Shown piece after piece: positions 49,765-58,494 of a DNA stretch of 64,000 nt. A program made the position numbers and the translations under genes. The stretch covers positions 1 through 64,000 of IMG/VR virus record IMGVR_UViG_3300010965_000427. The stretch is one strand, 5' to 3'. The stretch comes from a virus. Under the pieces are notes generated by a model, which did no database searches, was not told where the DNA came from, and worked only from the letters and a program-made list of their open reading frames with translations. Within the stretch, counting starts at the first letter, position 1. Every line of letters begins with the position of its first letter.

Positions 49765-50268
49765 ATGATAGAAACAGAACATCAATTTCGCGTCATTACC
49801 GAAACTCCAGAACCTTATAAAACATTACAAAAATTATCGGAAAACCCAAACTTTACTTATCATTTAACAGACATGCTTTTCTTTGTTGGTTTTTGCGTGG
49901 TGCCTCCTATTTATATATTCTTTTGTGAAAATACGGCTGAACAATTATTATTTCTAAATTCATTAGGTTTTAATATTTATAATAATGATTTAGAATTTAA
50001 TGATAAAATGCCAATGCAAGATAGTTTAACAAAATACATTTATGTTCACAACGAATCAAAAATAGCAATAGAAGTAGTAACAAATATAGATATAAAAAAG
50101 AAAGCACAATTATCGTTATTAAATAAAATTCGTTTAGAAGAAAGAACTAGAGCAGTAAAAATTAAAACAATGTTTTTAACTTATAATCAATTGCAAAAAC
50201 AAAAAGAATGGAATAAAACGATTCAAGAAGAGCGGAACAAAGCAATGGCTGAAAAAAGAAAAAAATGA
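49765..50268 (+). CDS. degenerate nucleotidyltransferase-like protein, paralog 1
   Basis: YHLTD..FF...YIFF...FL.SLGF pattern shared with 50265 and 52027. Confidence 0.5.
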   Translation: MIETEHQFRVITETPEPYKTLQKLSENPNFTYHLTDMLFFVGFCVVPPIYIFFCENTAEQLLFLNSLGFNIYNNDLEFNDKMPMQDSLTKYIYVHNESKIAIEVVTNIDIKKKAQLSLLNKIRLEERTRAVKIKTMFLTYNQLQKQKEWNKTIQEERNKAMAEKRKK

Positions 50269-50762
50269 TTAACCTAGAAAGTTTTACACCAACTTTAAAT
50301 TTAGAACCGCTAAATACACTAATAAAACTTATTTCTAATAACGATTATGTTTATTTCTTAACAGATTCTAGATATATCGAATCTAAATTTTGTAGAAAAA
50401 TTCAAAACTCTATTTCCCACGAATGGATATTTTTTGCAGATTATTCTTTAGAACATGTAGAATTTTTAAAGAATATTGGTTTTTATTTATACGAGGATGG
50501 AACATTTATACACACAGATTCAGATATTTTAACACATTCCATTTATGGCCATGATGATTCAAACGTTTACATCCAACTTGTAATTGATATTGAATTAAAA
50601 AAAGCGGCGTTAGATTTAATTGTAGAAAATATTATTGCAGAGCAATCCAATATTTCACACCCTTTGCAGAACGCATTTATAAACTCCGATGATGTATTAA
50701 TGAGAGAAGCTTGGAATTGTGCAATAAGAACTTGTAGAAAAATTAATAATGAGAATGCATAA
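50265..50762 (+). CDS. degenerate nucleotidyltransferase-like protein, paralog 2
   Basis: YFLTDSRY...HEWIFF...FLKNIGF...IQLV resembles LTGSR..DxD NTase motifs. Confidence 0.5.
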   Translation: MINLESFTPTLNLEPLNTLIKLISNNDYVYFLTDSRYIESKFCRKIQNSISHEWIFFADYSLEHVEFLKNIGFYLYEDGTFIHTDSDILTHSIYGHDDSNVYIQLVIDIELKKAALDLIVENIIAEQSNISHPLQNAFINSDDVLMREAWNCAIRTCRKINNENA

Positions 50763-51315
50763 TTTGTTTTACATTATTTATAAAAAACTTTTTAGAATTA
50801 AATCACACATTGAAATAATTGAAGAAGATAATTCAAATTTGATCCGCTTTGGGGATCTTTATCAAGGAGATTGGTTTTATAAAAATAGACATTTTTGCCA
50901 AGTTGTTACCAGAACCAAACAATGTTACAGTGTATTAAATCCCAATTCCGCTTTATTTAGTAGAACTGGTAAAATCTCATTAGACAGTTTCAATTATAAA
51001 GATCTGGTCGTTCCAATTAAGTGCAAATATAGCTTTACAACTAACAATCTTTTATCAACTAATAAATCAGATTTTTCAGAATTTTTAACGGAATTTTATA
51101 TGCCGTCATTATTTGAATGTTTAAATAACAATCAACCATTCTGGCACTGCCGTCTTAAATGTTTCGGAATCGTAGTCCCTTATAAAAGAAACCCAGTTAA
51201 TTACTCAATGCCCAATTCTTTATTAATCTTTTCAGATGATTCTTTGCGCACAGAAACAATGCGCGCTTGTGAAGCTGTTGTTCCTATTAACAAAGTAATA
51301 GTTAAAAAACTTTAA
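50749..51315 (+). CDS. hypothetical protein
   Basis: 188-aa ORF; two internal F.xL..g..F...V.P-type halves. Confidence 0.55.
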   Translation: MRMHNLFYIIYKKLFRIKSHIEIIEEDNSNLIRFGDLYQGDWFYKNRHFCQVVTRTKQCYSVLNPNSALFSRTGKISLDSFNYKDLVVPIKCKYSFTTNNLLSTNKSDFSEFLTEFYMPSLFECLNNNQPFWHCRLKCFGIVVPYKRNPVNYSMPNSLLIFSDDSLRTETMRACEAVVPINKVIVKKL

Positions 51316-51602
51316 TGAAAGATTTTAAACATAAAGTTTTAATGGAAAACCCTGAGCAAACTTTAAAAATAATATTAGAATTGTGTGAAGATAATAATTT
51401 TGGCCAAATGCACTATTATGTTCCATTAAAAACAGTTACATTAGATGGCGTAGAAATTATTGTTGACGAAGACGACCCAAAAGGTCGGTTTTATTTAATA
51501 GAATCGATGAATGAAAATGACACTGGCCATCATTATAATGATACTTTTGAAGTAATTGCTCACATTTTAAGATTGAAAAATAAAATAATTACATATACAT
51601 AA
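51315..51602 (+). CDS. hypothetical protein
   Basis: 95-aa ORF, translationally coupled. Confidence 0.6.
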   Translation: MKDFKHKVLMENPEQTLKIILELCEDNNFGQMHYYVPLKTVTLDGVEIIVDEDDPKGRFYLIESMNENDTGHHYNDTFEVIAHILRLKNKIITYT

Positions 51603-51652
51603 AGCGACATAGCCTTATCATAACGGTAAGAGTGTCTTATTCTAACTGGAAA
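51588..51652 (+). promoter_or_regulatory. promoter motif + leader hairpin copy 7 + SD
   Basis: ACATATACATAAAGC-GACATAGCCTTATCATAACGGTAAGAGTGTCT-...CTGGA. Confidence 0.7.
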
Positions 51653-51655
51653 TAA

Positions 51656-51931
51656 ATGATGCTGTTATATGACGATATGATCTACGTCGGCGCCCTGGTC
51701 ATTGCTGGCTCCCCGGAAATTGCCGCATTGGTGGCTCTTCCTGTCGGATATTTTCGCGAATTCAACATTAATGAAAAAGAGAGCAAGATGAGGGCCGAAT
51801 ACTACTTCCAAGGAGCAATGGATCAAGGAATGATCCATAACCCAGTTCTCAGGCTATTTGAATCGTGGGATTTTATTCCTGAAGATTGGCATTTCTCAGA
51901 CTTGTCAAACAAAACCACCATTCTCATCTAA
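51656..51931 (+). CDS. hypothetical protein; paralog of 49119 C-half
   Basis: MIYVG...VALPVGYF...GAMDQGMIHNPVLRLFESWDFI. Confidence 0.7.
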   Translation: MMLLYDDMIYVGALVIAGSPEIAALVALPVGYFREFNINEKESKMRAEYYFQGAMDQGMIHNPVLRLFESWDFIPEDWHFSDLSNKTTILI

Positions 51932-51980
51932 CCGCCATTCTCATCTAACAAAAAATCATAATAAAAAAATCAATCGATAA

Positions 51981-52012
51981 GCTAGCGGTTTTGCCGCTAG
52001 CAGTTTTTTTTT
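51981..52012 (+). terminator. intrinsic terminator
   Basis: GCTAGCGG-TTTTG-CCGCTAGC + T-run. Confidence 0.7.
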
Positions 52013-52026
52013 AAAAAGGTTAACCT

Positions 52027-52554
52027 ATGCCTATTAAAAATTTAAATGCTAAACAGAAAAAAATGCTAGATGAACATCAACTGACCATCGCAGGAAACGA
52101 CGATTTTTTGTCCCGTCGCGATCTTCCTCTTACTAAAATACGCCAATTAAATAATCTTAAATTTATTTTCTCAACAACTAACAACTATTATTTTAATAAA
52201 AAAATAAAAATAGCAAAATGGGAATTCTTTTCCCAAAATTTAAGTGAAACGGAAAGATATTTACAATCAATAGGTTATATTACAGTATATAATGAAAACG
52301 AAGTTGATTCAAATATTACTACTATTATGAAGCATAGTTCTAATGTAATTGTGTATTTGTCGTCCGATTATTGGCTAAGAGTTAGAGCTCAGCTATACTT
52401 ATCAAATTTAATAAAAAGAAAACAATTAGATGTAAATGTTTTTGAAGATTCTGAAAAAACAAAATGCATTTGGGAAAACGCGCTAGATCACGCTTGGAGC
52501 AAAAGAGTTAATGAGTCTTTTCTACGTACTCGAAGATTTTTAAAACGCCAGTAA
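52027..52554 (+). CDS. degenerate nucleotidyltransferase-like protein, paralog 3
   Basis: FIFSTTNNYYF...KWEFF...YLQSIGY...H.S. Confidence 0.45.
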   Translation: MPIKNLNAKQKKMLDEHQLTIAGNDDFLSRRDLPLTKIRQLNNLKFIFSTTNNYYFNKKIKIAKWEFFSQNLSETERYLQSIGYITVYNENEVDSNITTIMKHSSNVIVYLSSDYWLRVRAQLYLSNLIKRKQLDVNVFEDSEKTKCIWENALDHAWSKRVNESFLRTRRFLKRQ

Positions 52555-52564
52555 TTTTATTAAT

Positions 52565-52619
52565 GGTTTACTCCTACGCAGCATTTTGCGTAGGAGTAAA
52601 CCGTTGCTGTATTTTTTTA
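52565..52619 (+). terminator. intrinsic terminator
   Basis: GGTTTACTCCTACGCA...TGCGTAGGAGTAAACC. Confidence 0.75.
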
Positions 52620-52641
52620 TACTCATATATACTAAATATGT
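52620..52641 (+). promoter_or_regulatory. phage promoter motif
   Basis: ACTCATATATACTAAATATG. Confidence 0.55.
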
Positions 52642-52681
52642 AGTTAATAATATAAGTTTTAAGTCTTGATGGAAAAAATCA

Positions 52682-53878
52682 GTGCCTAAGCAAGTTACTT
52701 ATTTACACGCACTTTCAATTCCCTCCACAATAGATCTTAGAGAAGCTGTCGATAAGGATGTAAATGGAATTATTAAAAGAGTTTCATATATAAACTATTC
52801 GCCCCATTGCATTTATGTTCTTGAACGATCTGGTTTGGTTTTTTCTGTAAAAAATGTACCAAATCGATTTAGCACTCAGTTTATAATTAGATGTGAATAC
52901 ACAATACCGTTTACTATATTTGAAGAACTTGCTCCGTTATTTTCAAAGGAAATAAATAAAGAAACGCATCCAGATCTGTTTTCATTAAAAGAGTTATTTT
53001 TTAAACATTGTGAAAATTCAACAAATAAATATAAAAGCCTCAGATTAGTTGTAGACACCGTTATTGAACATAATGACTTAAAAACAGCTGACATTCTTTA
53101 TATTTATAATCAAGATATAGTTATATCAAATGAACAATTAACAAATAATATTAGCCATCCTTTTAATGGATACGATAAATTAAAAGAACGATACCAAGAA
53201 ATTTCTAAAACAACCGGAACACATTTCTCAATTGAAATAATTGATAACGAAGAATTATTAGGAGAGCGTTATTTTTACGTAGCTGACAGGCTTTTTAAAG
53301 TCATTCCATTTAAAGATAAAACTCGCACATCTGGAATTTATTTTATTATTAGTGATTTTACTAGAGCAGAGCCCAGAATAGATATAAAGCAATATGAAAT
53401 ATCGGAAGCCGAAACTGTTTTAGGTTTGTATAAAACAAAAGAAATTGCCCTGTCATCTGGAGATTTAAAACTAGCTCGTCAAGAAGAAATTGCTCGATTA
53501 ATGCATGAAAGTTCTGTAAATAAAATAGAAATAAACAAACTAGAAAGTAAACATTCGCTTGAATTAGAAAGAATTAAAATAGAAAAAGATAAAGCCGATA
53601 ACATTCGAAAAGCAACCATTCTTGAACTTGAATCAGAAATTGCTCAAAAAGAAATCGAAAATAAATTACTAGAAGCTGCTAATGAAAGGGAAAAAAGAAA
53701 TTACGAAAAGGAAAGCCAATTGTTTAAATTTGCTCATGAGCAAAGACGAACAATAGAAGACGAATACTACAGTCAAAAAATGCATAAAAGAAAAGACCTA
53801 TCGGAATTAATAAAAACAATTGGAGTAATTGCTGTTGGTGTAATTAGCATAGCAGCCATAGTGCTAAAAGCAAAGTAA
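52682..53878 (+). CDS. conserved coiled-coil, C-terminal TM protein (phiKZ gp122-like)
   Basis: GLYKTKE.A...GD motif, coiled coil, C-terminal hydrophobic helix; position before gp123-like gene. Confidence 0.6.
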   Translation: MPKQVTYLHALSIPSTIDLREAVDKDVNGIIKRVSYINYSPHCIYVLERSGLVFSVKNVPNRFSTQFIIRCEYTIPFTIFEELAPLFSKEINKETHPDLFSLKELFFKHCENSTNKYKSLRLVVDTVIEHNDLKTADILYIYNQDIVISNEQLTNNISHPFNGYDKLKERYQEISKTTGTHFSIEIIDNEELLGERYFYVADRLFKVIPFKDKTRTSGIYFIISDFTRAEPRIDIKQYEISEAETVLGLYKTKEIALSSGDLKLARQEEIARLMHESSVNKIEINKLESKHSLELERIKIEKDKADNIRKATILELESEIAQKEIENKLLEAANEREKRNYEKESQLFKFAHEQRRTIEDEYYSQKMHKRKDLSELIKTIGVIAVGVISIAAIVLKAK

Positions 53879-54013
53879 ATATGGTTATAAAAATATAAAA
53901 GTTATGTAAAAAATAAATAAGGGCATTAATTAATTGGCTCATTCATTGCTTTTTTGTTTATCTTTGTAAACAAAAAATGCATTAGTTTAAATGTTGGCGC
54001 AGGAGAACGATTA

Positions 54014-55636
54014 ATGCACCGATTGTTTAAAAAACTATTAGATAAAGAAGGCCCCGCGTCAAATCCGATTATTGGAAATGGAATATCGGTTGTATATATT
54101 AAGGAAGCCATGCGCTACATAGACAGTGTATTTAGAAGCGCAAGAACCAGTTTGCCTGAAGGTCTGGAATATATAGGTTGTGAAAGGTGCACCCCTCAAG
54201 AAGAATACGATGAAATAACTAGAGCAAAAAATAATAATAAAAGAATTTTTGACTTAGCTAAATCTTATTTATTTGTAGTAAAATACTTCTTTCGTTTTGA
54301 AGGTATAGATTTACCACCTAGGTATTTATATCTTCCGTATGTTTTAGATGGAGGAATAATTTATTTAGGAGGCTCTTGTTATAGGGTCTCGCCAGTAATT
54401 TCTGAAACAATATCGCCGACTTCAAAAACAGTATTTATTCGATTATTGCGAGACAAAATGATTTTTGAAAGAATATTTCATAATTTCATAATTGATAATA
54501 AAAGAGAAACCAATCACGTTGTTTGGTCAAAAATTCATAAAAAAAAAGTAACTACTCAAAGAGTAAGTTCAACAACTAGAGCAAAAACATGCAATGTCCA
54601 TTATTTATTGGGCAAATATGGATTTTCTGAAATGTTTAGAAGGTTTGTTAATTTCATTCCAATCGTTGGAGAAGAAGAAATTAACATAGAAACCTATCCT
54701 CCTTCAAAATGGATAATATGTCGTTCCACAGAAGTAAAACCAATCGGGTATTTATCTCAGTTTTATACTCCATGTAAAATTAGATTAGCAATACCAAAAG
54801 AGCTTTGGTCGGCCGATGTAAAAAATCTTGTTGCTGGGTTTTATTATGTTGCGGATAATTTTCCAAATAGAATTAGAATAGAATATTTAGAAAATACTAG
54901 CCTATGGATGATTTTGCTAGGGCATATTATTTTTAGCGGGGTTTATGGAGAAGGAAAACTTTACGAGCAAATAGCGGAACACTATCGTTCAATAGACGAA
55001 TGCATTGATACAATAGTAGTTACTAAATTTAAAGAAGCTGGTTTTAAAATAGAAAATTTTTACGATCTGTTATTTTTAATATTGCAACAATTTGATGACT
55101 GGACTGTTAATTCAACAGAAAGCAACAAATTAATGTATAATAAAACTTTAGAAGTATTGTACTATGTTCTTTTTAATGTGACGTCTACTATTTTTAATGC
55201 AATTTTTATTCTTAATAAACAATCGCTAAAAAAGAAACTAGTGGCAAAAGAAATAATTCGTGCACTAAATAAACACCTTACAATAGGAGTCATACACGGA
55301 ATTAGAGAAGCAAATTTGGCTGTTTCGAATGTATCGTATTCCGGAGATAATAAATACATAAAAATTGCATCAGCGGCTGTGCCACAGCATAATTTAACTA
55401 CAGCCACACGAGGAAAAAAAACAAGAATAACAATAGATTCAACAAAAAGAATAAATATGTCGCTTGTAATTGGCGGCTCAGTTCTTTATCTTAGCAAATC
55501 AAATCCATCTCCAGCTGTTCATCTCAATCTATTTGCTGAAGTAGATCTAAAAACAGCTAGAATCATTGAACCAGAAAAGTTTAAACAGATTTGCTTAGAT
55601 ACGGATAACCGGCTAAAAGGACTTACTTCAAATTAA
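54014..55636 (+). CDS. non-virion RNA polymerase beta subunit (phiKZ gp123-like)
   Basis: YID.VF...PEGLEY.G.ERCTP.EEY, YLYLPY..GG.I.LGG..Y.VSPV, FIRLLRDK; AGGAG SD before ATG 54014. Confidence 0.8.
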   Translation: MHRLFKKLLDKEGPASNPIIGNGISVVYIKEAMRYIDSVFRSARTSLPEGLEYIGCERCTPQEEYDEITRAKNNNKRIFDLAKSYLFVVKYFFRFEGIDLPPRYLYLPYVLDGGIIYLGGSCYRVSPVISETISPTSKTVFIRLLRDKMIFERIFHNFIIDNKRETNHVVWSKIHKKKVTTQRVSSTTRAKTCNVHYLLGKYGFSEMFRRFVNFIPIVGEEEINIETYPPSKWIICRSTEVKPIGYLSQFYTPCKIRLAIPKELWSADVKNLVAGFYYVADNFPNRIRIEYLENTSLWMILLGHIIFSGVYGEGKLYEQIAEHYRSIDECIDTIVVTKFKEAGFKIENFYDLLFLILQQFDDWTVNSTESNKLMYNKTLEVLYYVLFNVTSTIFNAIFILNKQSLKKKLVAKEIIRALNKHLTIGVIHGIREANLAVSNVSYSGDNKYIKIASAAVPQHNLTTATRGKKTRITIDSTKRINMSLVIGGSVLYLSKSNPSPAVHLNLFAEVDLKTARIIEPEKFKQICLDTDNRLKGLTSN

Positions 55637-55648
55637 AACACAGGAACC

Positions 55649-57910
55649 ATGATGTTACCATATCGCTTGGATATGATTGGAACGCCGTTGGTAGCTTACC
55701 CAGCTACCAGCCCGCCTTGTATGCCACAAGTAGCAATAAACCCGCTAGTGGCTCCGTTTTTGGCTTTTATTTCAGCAACTGTAGCAAACGTAGCCGCTAC
55801 AGAATCTTCAAAAAATCCTATTCGCACATTTTACTACAACGAACTATCGCGCCAAAATTGGAATAATGAATCTTTTTCTGAAGCTGTAGAACTCACAGCT
55901 GGAATTTGTTTTATAAATATTTTTAAGAAAACATTTATTTCTCCAGAAGCATCCATTCCTATTTACGCATCTAATGCACTTGGATATTTAACATCCAAAA
56001 GAATTGCTCTATATCCAGAATTAAAGCAACATTGTTCACCATCAATGCTAACCGATGCTGGAAATGCAATTATTAATCTAAAAAACACAGAAGGAGAAAT
56101 TGCTCAACTAAATTATCAGTTTAATCAATCTGCAAAGAATAATCAAAATGCATATATAAATAATCAGCACGGCTATCTACAGCAGCAAGGCTGGCCCCCA
56201 CAGGGCTATCCACAGCAGCAAGGCTGGCCCCCACAGGGCTATCCACAGCAGCAAGGCTGGTCCCCACAGGGCTATCCACAGCAGCAAGGCTGGTCTCCAC
56301 AGGGCTATCCACAGCAGCAAGGCTGGCCCCCACAGGGCTATCCACAGCAGCAAGGCTGGTCTCCACAGGGCTATCCACAGCAGCAAGGCTGGTCTCCACA
56401 GGGTTATCCACAGCAGCAAGGCTGGTCCCAGCAAGAATCGTACTATCGGCAAAACACAAATTCCGGATCTATGCCGAACCATCCTTCAGAACCAATGGCT
56501 GGCCAAAGATTCCAAACAAATAACGCCTTGCTTTCTCCAGGGCTTACTCCTGGTTTTAATCCAAAAACTGTTCAAAATAATCAACAAAACCCACAAATCA
56601 ATCCTATACAACAAACTTCGTTTTTTAAACCAAATAAACCACAAGACCAAATTTTTAATACAATAGAAACCGCTGTTTCAAATTCGCCAAACATTGCCAC
56701 TTCTACCACAGAAGTATTGGCTATAAACAACTGGTTGCCATCTGAAAAACAATGGTATTTAAGTTCTTACGATGTCAGAACTAAAAACGAAAAATTTATT
56801 AAAATTGGCAATACCGTTATTCAAATAATTACTGATAAAGAGGAACCTGAAGTGGACAGAAGCCAACATACAATTGTTATTGGGAATTATGAATTTACAA
56901 GAAAAAAAATACCTTTGAAAGATGAAGAATCTGAAATTGTTACAAGTTTTGATGCCTCTAAATTTCAACCCAACATAAAAGAAGATGCAATGAACGAATT
57001 TCCAGAAGCAGAAGTAATCTTTGATACTGATGTAACAGAATCATTTTATGCTGAACAAGCAGAATTTGAAGCAATTGTTGAATTTAGAGGCTATCTATCG
57101 GTTGCAAATATAGACGCCTATGTGACACACGTCAATGTTTTAAATCCAGCGGTTACAATAGCCGATTATAGCAAGGTTCTTAAATCCATTTCTTCAAAAT
57201 TAAACTTTGTAGATGCTGCAAAACAAATTAAACAAAACATTATTTCAGCTAAAGATCTTTCTGAAAGAAGACCTGAAAATTTTCAAAACGCTATAGAAAT
57301 AGCAACCTTAATGGAAAAAACTAATATATTTTTAACGGAAGTAATTAATAGTTTCCTGCATAATAATATATCTTTAAGCGCATTAACGATCGATAGTTTT
57401 TGCGAAGACGTAGCAGACCTCGAGTCATATCTGCTAAGCAAATATGGGGCAACATTTATCGAAGCCTACAGACGATTTGAAAGAGAAACGTTTAATAAAT
57501 TATTAATTACAGAAACACCTTATCTAGACCTAAGAAATTTATTGTTTAATAAAAATGAAACTGCTGAATCTGATGCGGCTGTTGATCCAGATGCAGAAGA
57601 ACTTGCCAAAATAGAAAATATTGAACTTGAACGCAATGTCAATACATTTGTAACCTTCTTTCCAATCAAACATTCTTTTGTAATTGTTAACTTATTAAGT
57701 TCAGATTTAGATCGCTGGGTTCAAAGAGAAGCCAGACTAATCGAAGAAAGAGAATGCCCAAAATTGCATTCGGTAGTAAAACAATTTTATGAAAATAAAC
57801 AAAATAGAGAATTAAGCACATCGTACGATACGTTAATAACTTTAGATAATAAGAAATACAAAATCTATTACGGCCATCTCGGAATCAATGCGTATCTCGT
57901 AAGCTGTTAA
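55649..57910 (+). CDS. conserved jumbo-phage protein with Q/G/P/W/Y low-complexity repeat
   Basis: 753 aa; N-terminal [14 protein letters not shown] domain, central repeat, C-terminal globular domain. Confidence 0.7.
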   Translation: MMLPYRLDMIGTPLVAYPATSPPCMPQVAINPLVAPFLAFISATVANVAATESSKNPIRTFYYNELSRQNWNNESFSEAVELTAGICFINIFKKTFISPEASIPIYASNALGYLTSKRIALYPELKQHCSPSMLTDAGNAIINLKNTEGEIAQLNYQFNQSAKNNQNAYINNQHGYLQQQGWPPQGYPQQQGWPPQGYPQQQGWSPQGYPQQQGWSPQGYPQQQGWPPQGYPQQQGWSPQGYPQQQGWSPQGYPQQQGWSQQESYYRQNTNSGSMPNHPSEPMAGQRFQTNNALLSPGLTPGFNPKTVQNNQQNPQINPIQQTSFFKPNKPQDQIFNTIETAVSNSPNIATSTTEVLAINNWLPSEKQWYLSSYDVRTKNEKFIKIGNTVIQIITDKEEPEVDRSQHTIVIGNYEFTRKKIPLKDEESEIVTSFDASKFQPNIKEDAMNEFPEAEVIFDTDVTESFYAEQAEFEAIVEFRGYLSVANIDAYVTHVNVLNPAVTIADYSKVLKSISSKLNFVDAAKQIKQNIISAKDLSERRPENFQNAIEIATLMEKTNIFLTEVINSFLHNNISLSALTIDSFCEDVADLESYLLSKYGATFIEAYRRFERETFNKLLITETPYLDLRNLLFNKNETAESDAAVDPDAEELAKIENIELERNVNTFVTFFPIKHSFVIVNLLSSDLDRWVQREARLIEERECPKLHSVVKQFYENKQNRELSTSYDTLITLDNKKYKIYYGHLGINAYLVSC
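56180..56434 (+). repeat. 33-bp tandem repeat, 7 full units + partial (QQQGW[P/S]PQGYP)
   Basis: CAGCAGCAAGGCTGGYCYCCACAGGGCTATCCA units. Confidence 0.95.
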
Positions 57911-57985
57911 AGAAGCAGCCAGTGGCTTTAAAGAGACTGGATATCCAGTCTCTTTAATTAAAAACCCCCAGGAGAATTTCAAAAA

Positions 57986-58402
57986 ATGATTGAAAATGTT
58001 GAAAATGAAAAACCAGTATCGAAAAGCGTGCCGTTAACTCCTCTTGAATTATTTGACCGATTTTTTGACATCGAACTTTGTTCAGCTACTCAATTTCCAT
58101 ATGAAGTTATTAAATTAATTTGCTCAGGAGTAAAAAATGAAAAAATTCATTTTGTAAATAACTTAAAAACTGGGCAATATTGTTTCTTAAATGAAGACGA
58201 AAATCCTTGTCTATTTATTAAAGATTCAGTTCAAAGAGGTCTGTTTATTAGAATTCCGTCGTCCGACGATTCTCCAGATAAAATTTTAATGTACTATTAT
58301 TCTCCAAATAAAGTAATATCGGTATATCCCACAATAAAAGCTATGGCAGAAATTTTGGGCGCGCTCTGTCTATGTGAACAAGAAGTTATGATTAAAGAAT
58401 AA
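57986..58402 (+). CDS. hypothetical protein
   Basis: 138 aa with AGGAG upstream. Confidence 0.65.
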   Translation: MIENVENEKPVSKSVPLTPLELFDRFFDIELCSATQFPYEVIKLICSGVKNEKIHFVNNLKTGQYCFLNEDENPCLFIKDSVQRGLFIRIPSSDDSPDKILMYYYSPNKVISVYPTIKAMAEILGALCLCEQEVMIKE

Positions 58403-58431
58403 ATCTATTTTTTGCTAATCGAAATACGCAC

Positions 58432-58479
58432 ATTAGACGACTACCTAACCAGTAGTCGTCTAATGTAACTTTTTTTTTT
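58432..58479. terminator. terminator between convergent genes
   Basis: ATTAGACGACTAC...GTAGTCGTCTAAT + T-run. Confidence 0.7.
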
Positions 58480-58494
58480 AAAATAATTTACTAT

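Noticed and set aside
11754-51636. CRISPR array or integron attC from the repeated hairpin
   Set aside because: Copies are kilobases apart, lie 5' of genes at promoter distance, and there are no spacers, cas genes or integrase
56121-56482. Repetitive minus-strand ORFs ([20 protein letters not shown])
   Set aside because: Antisense shadows of the 33-bp repeat
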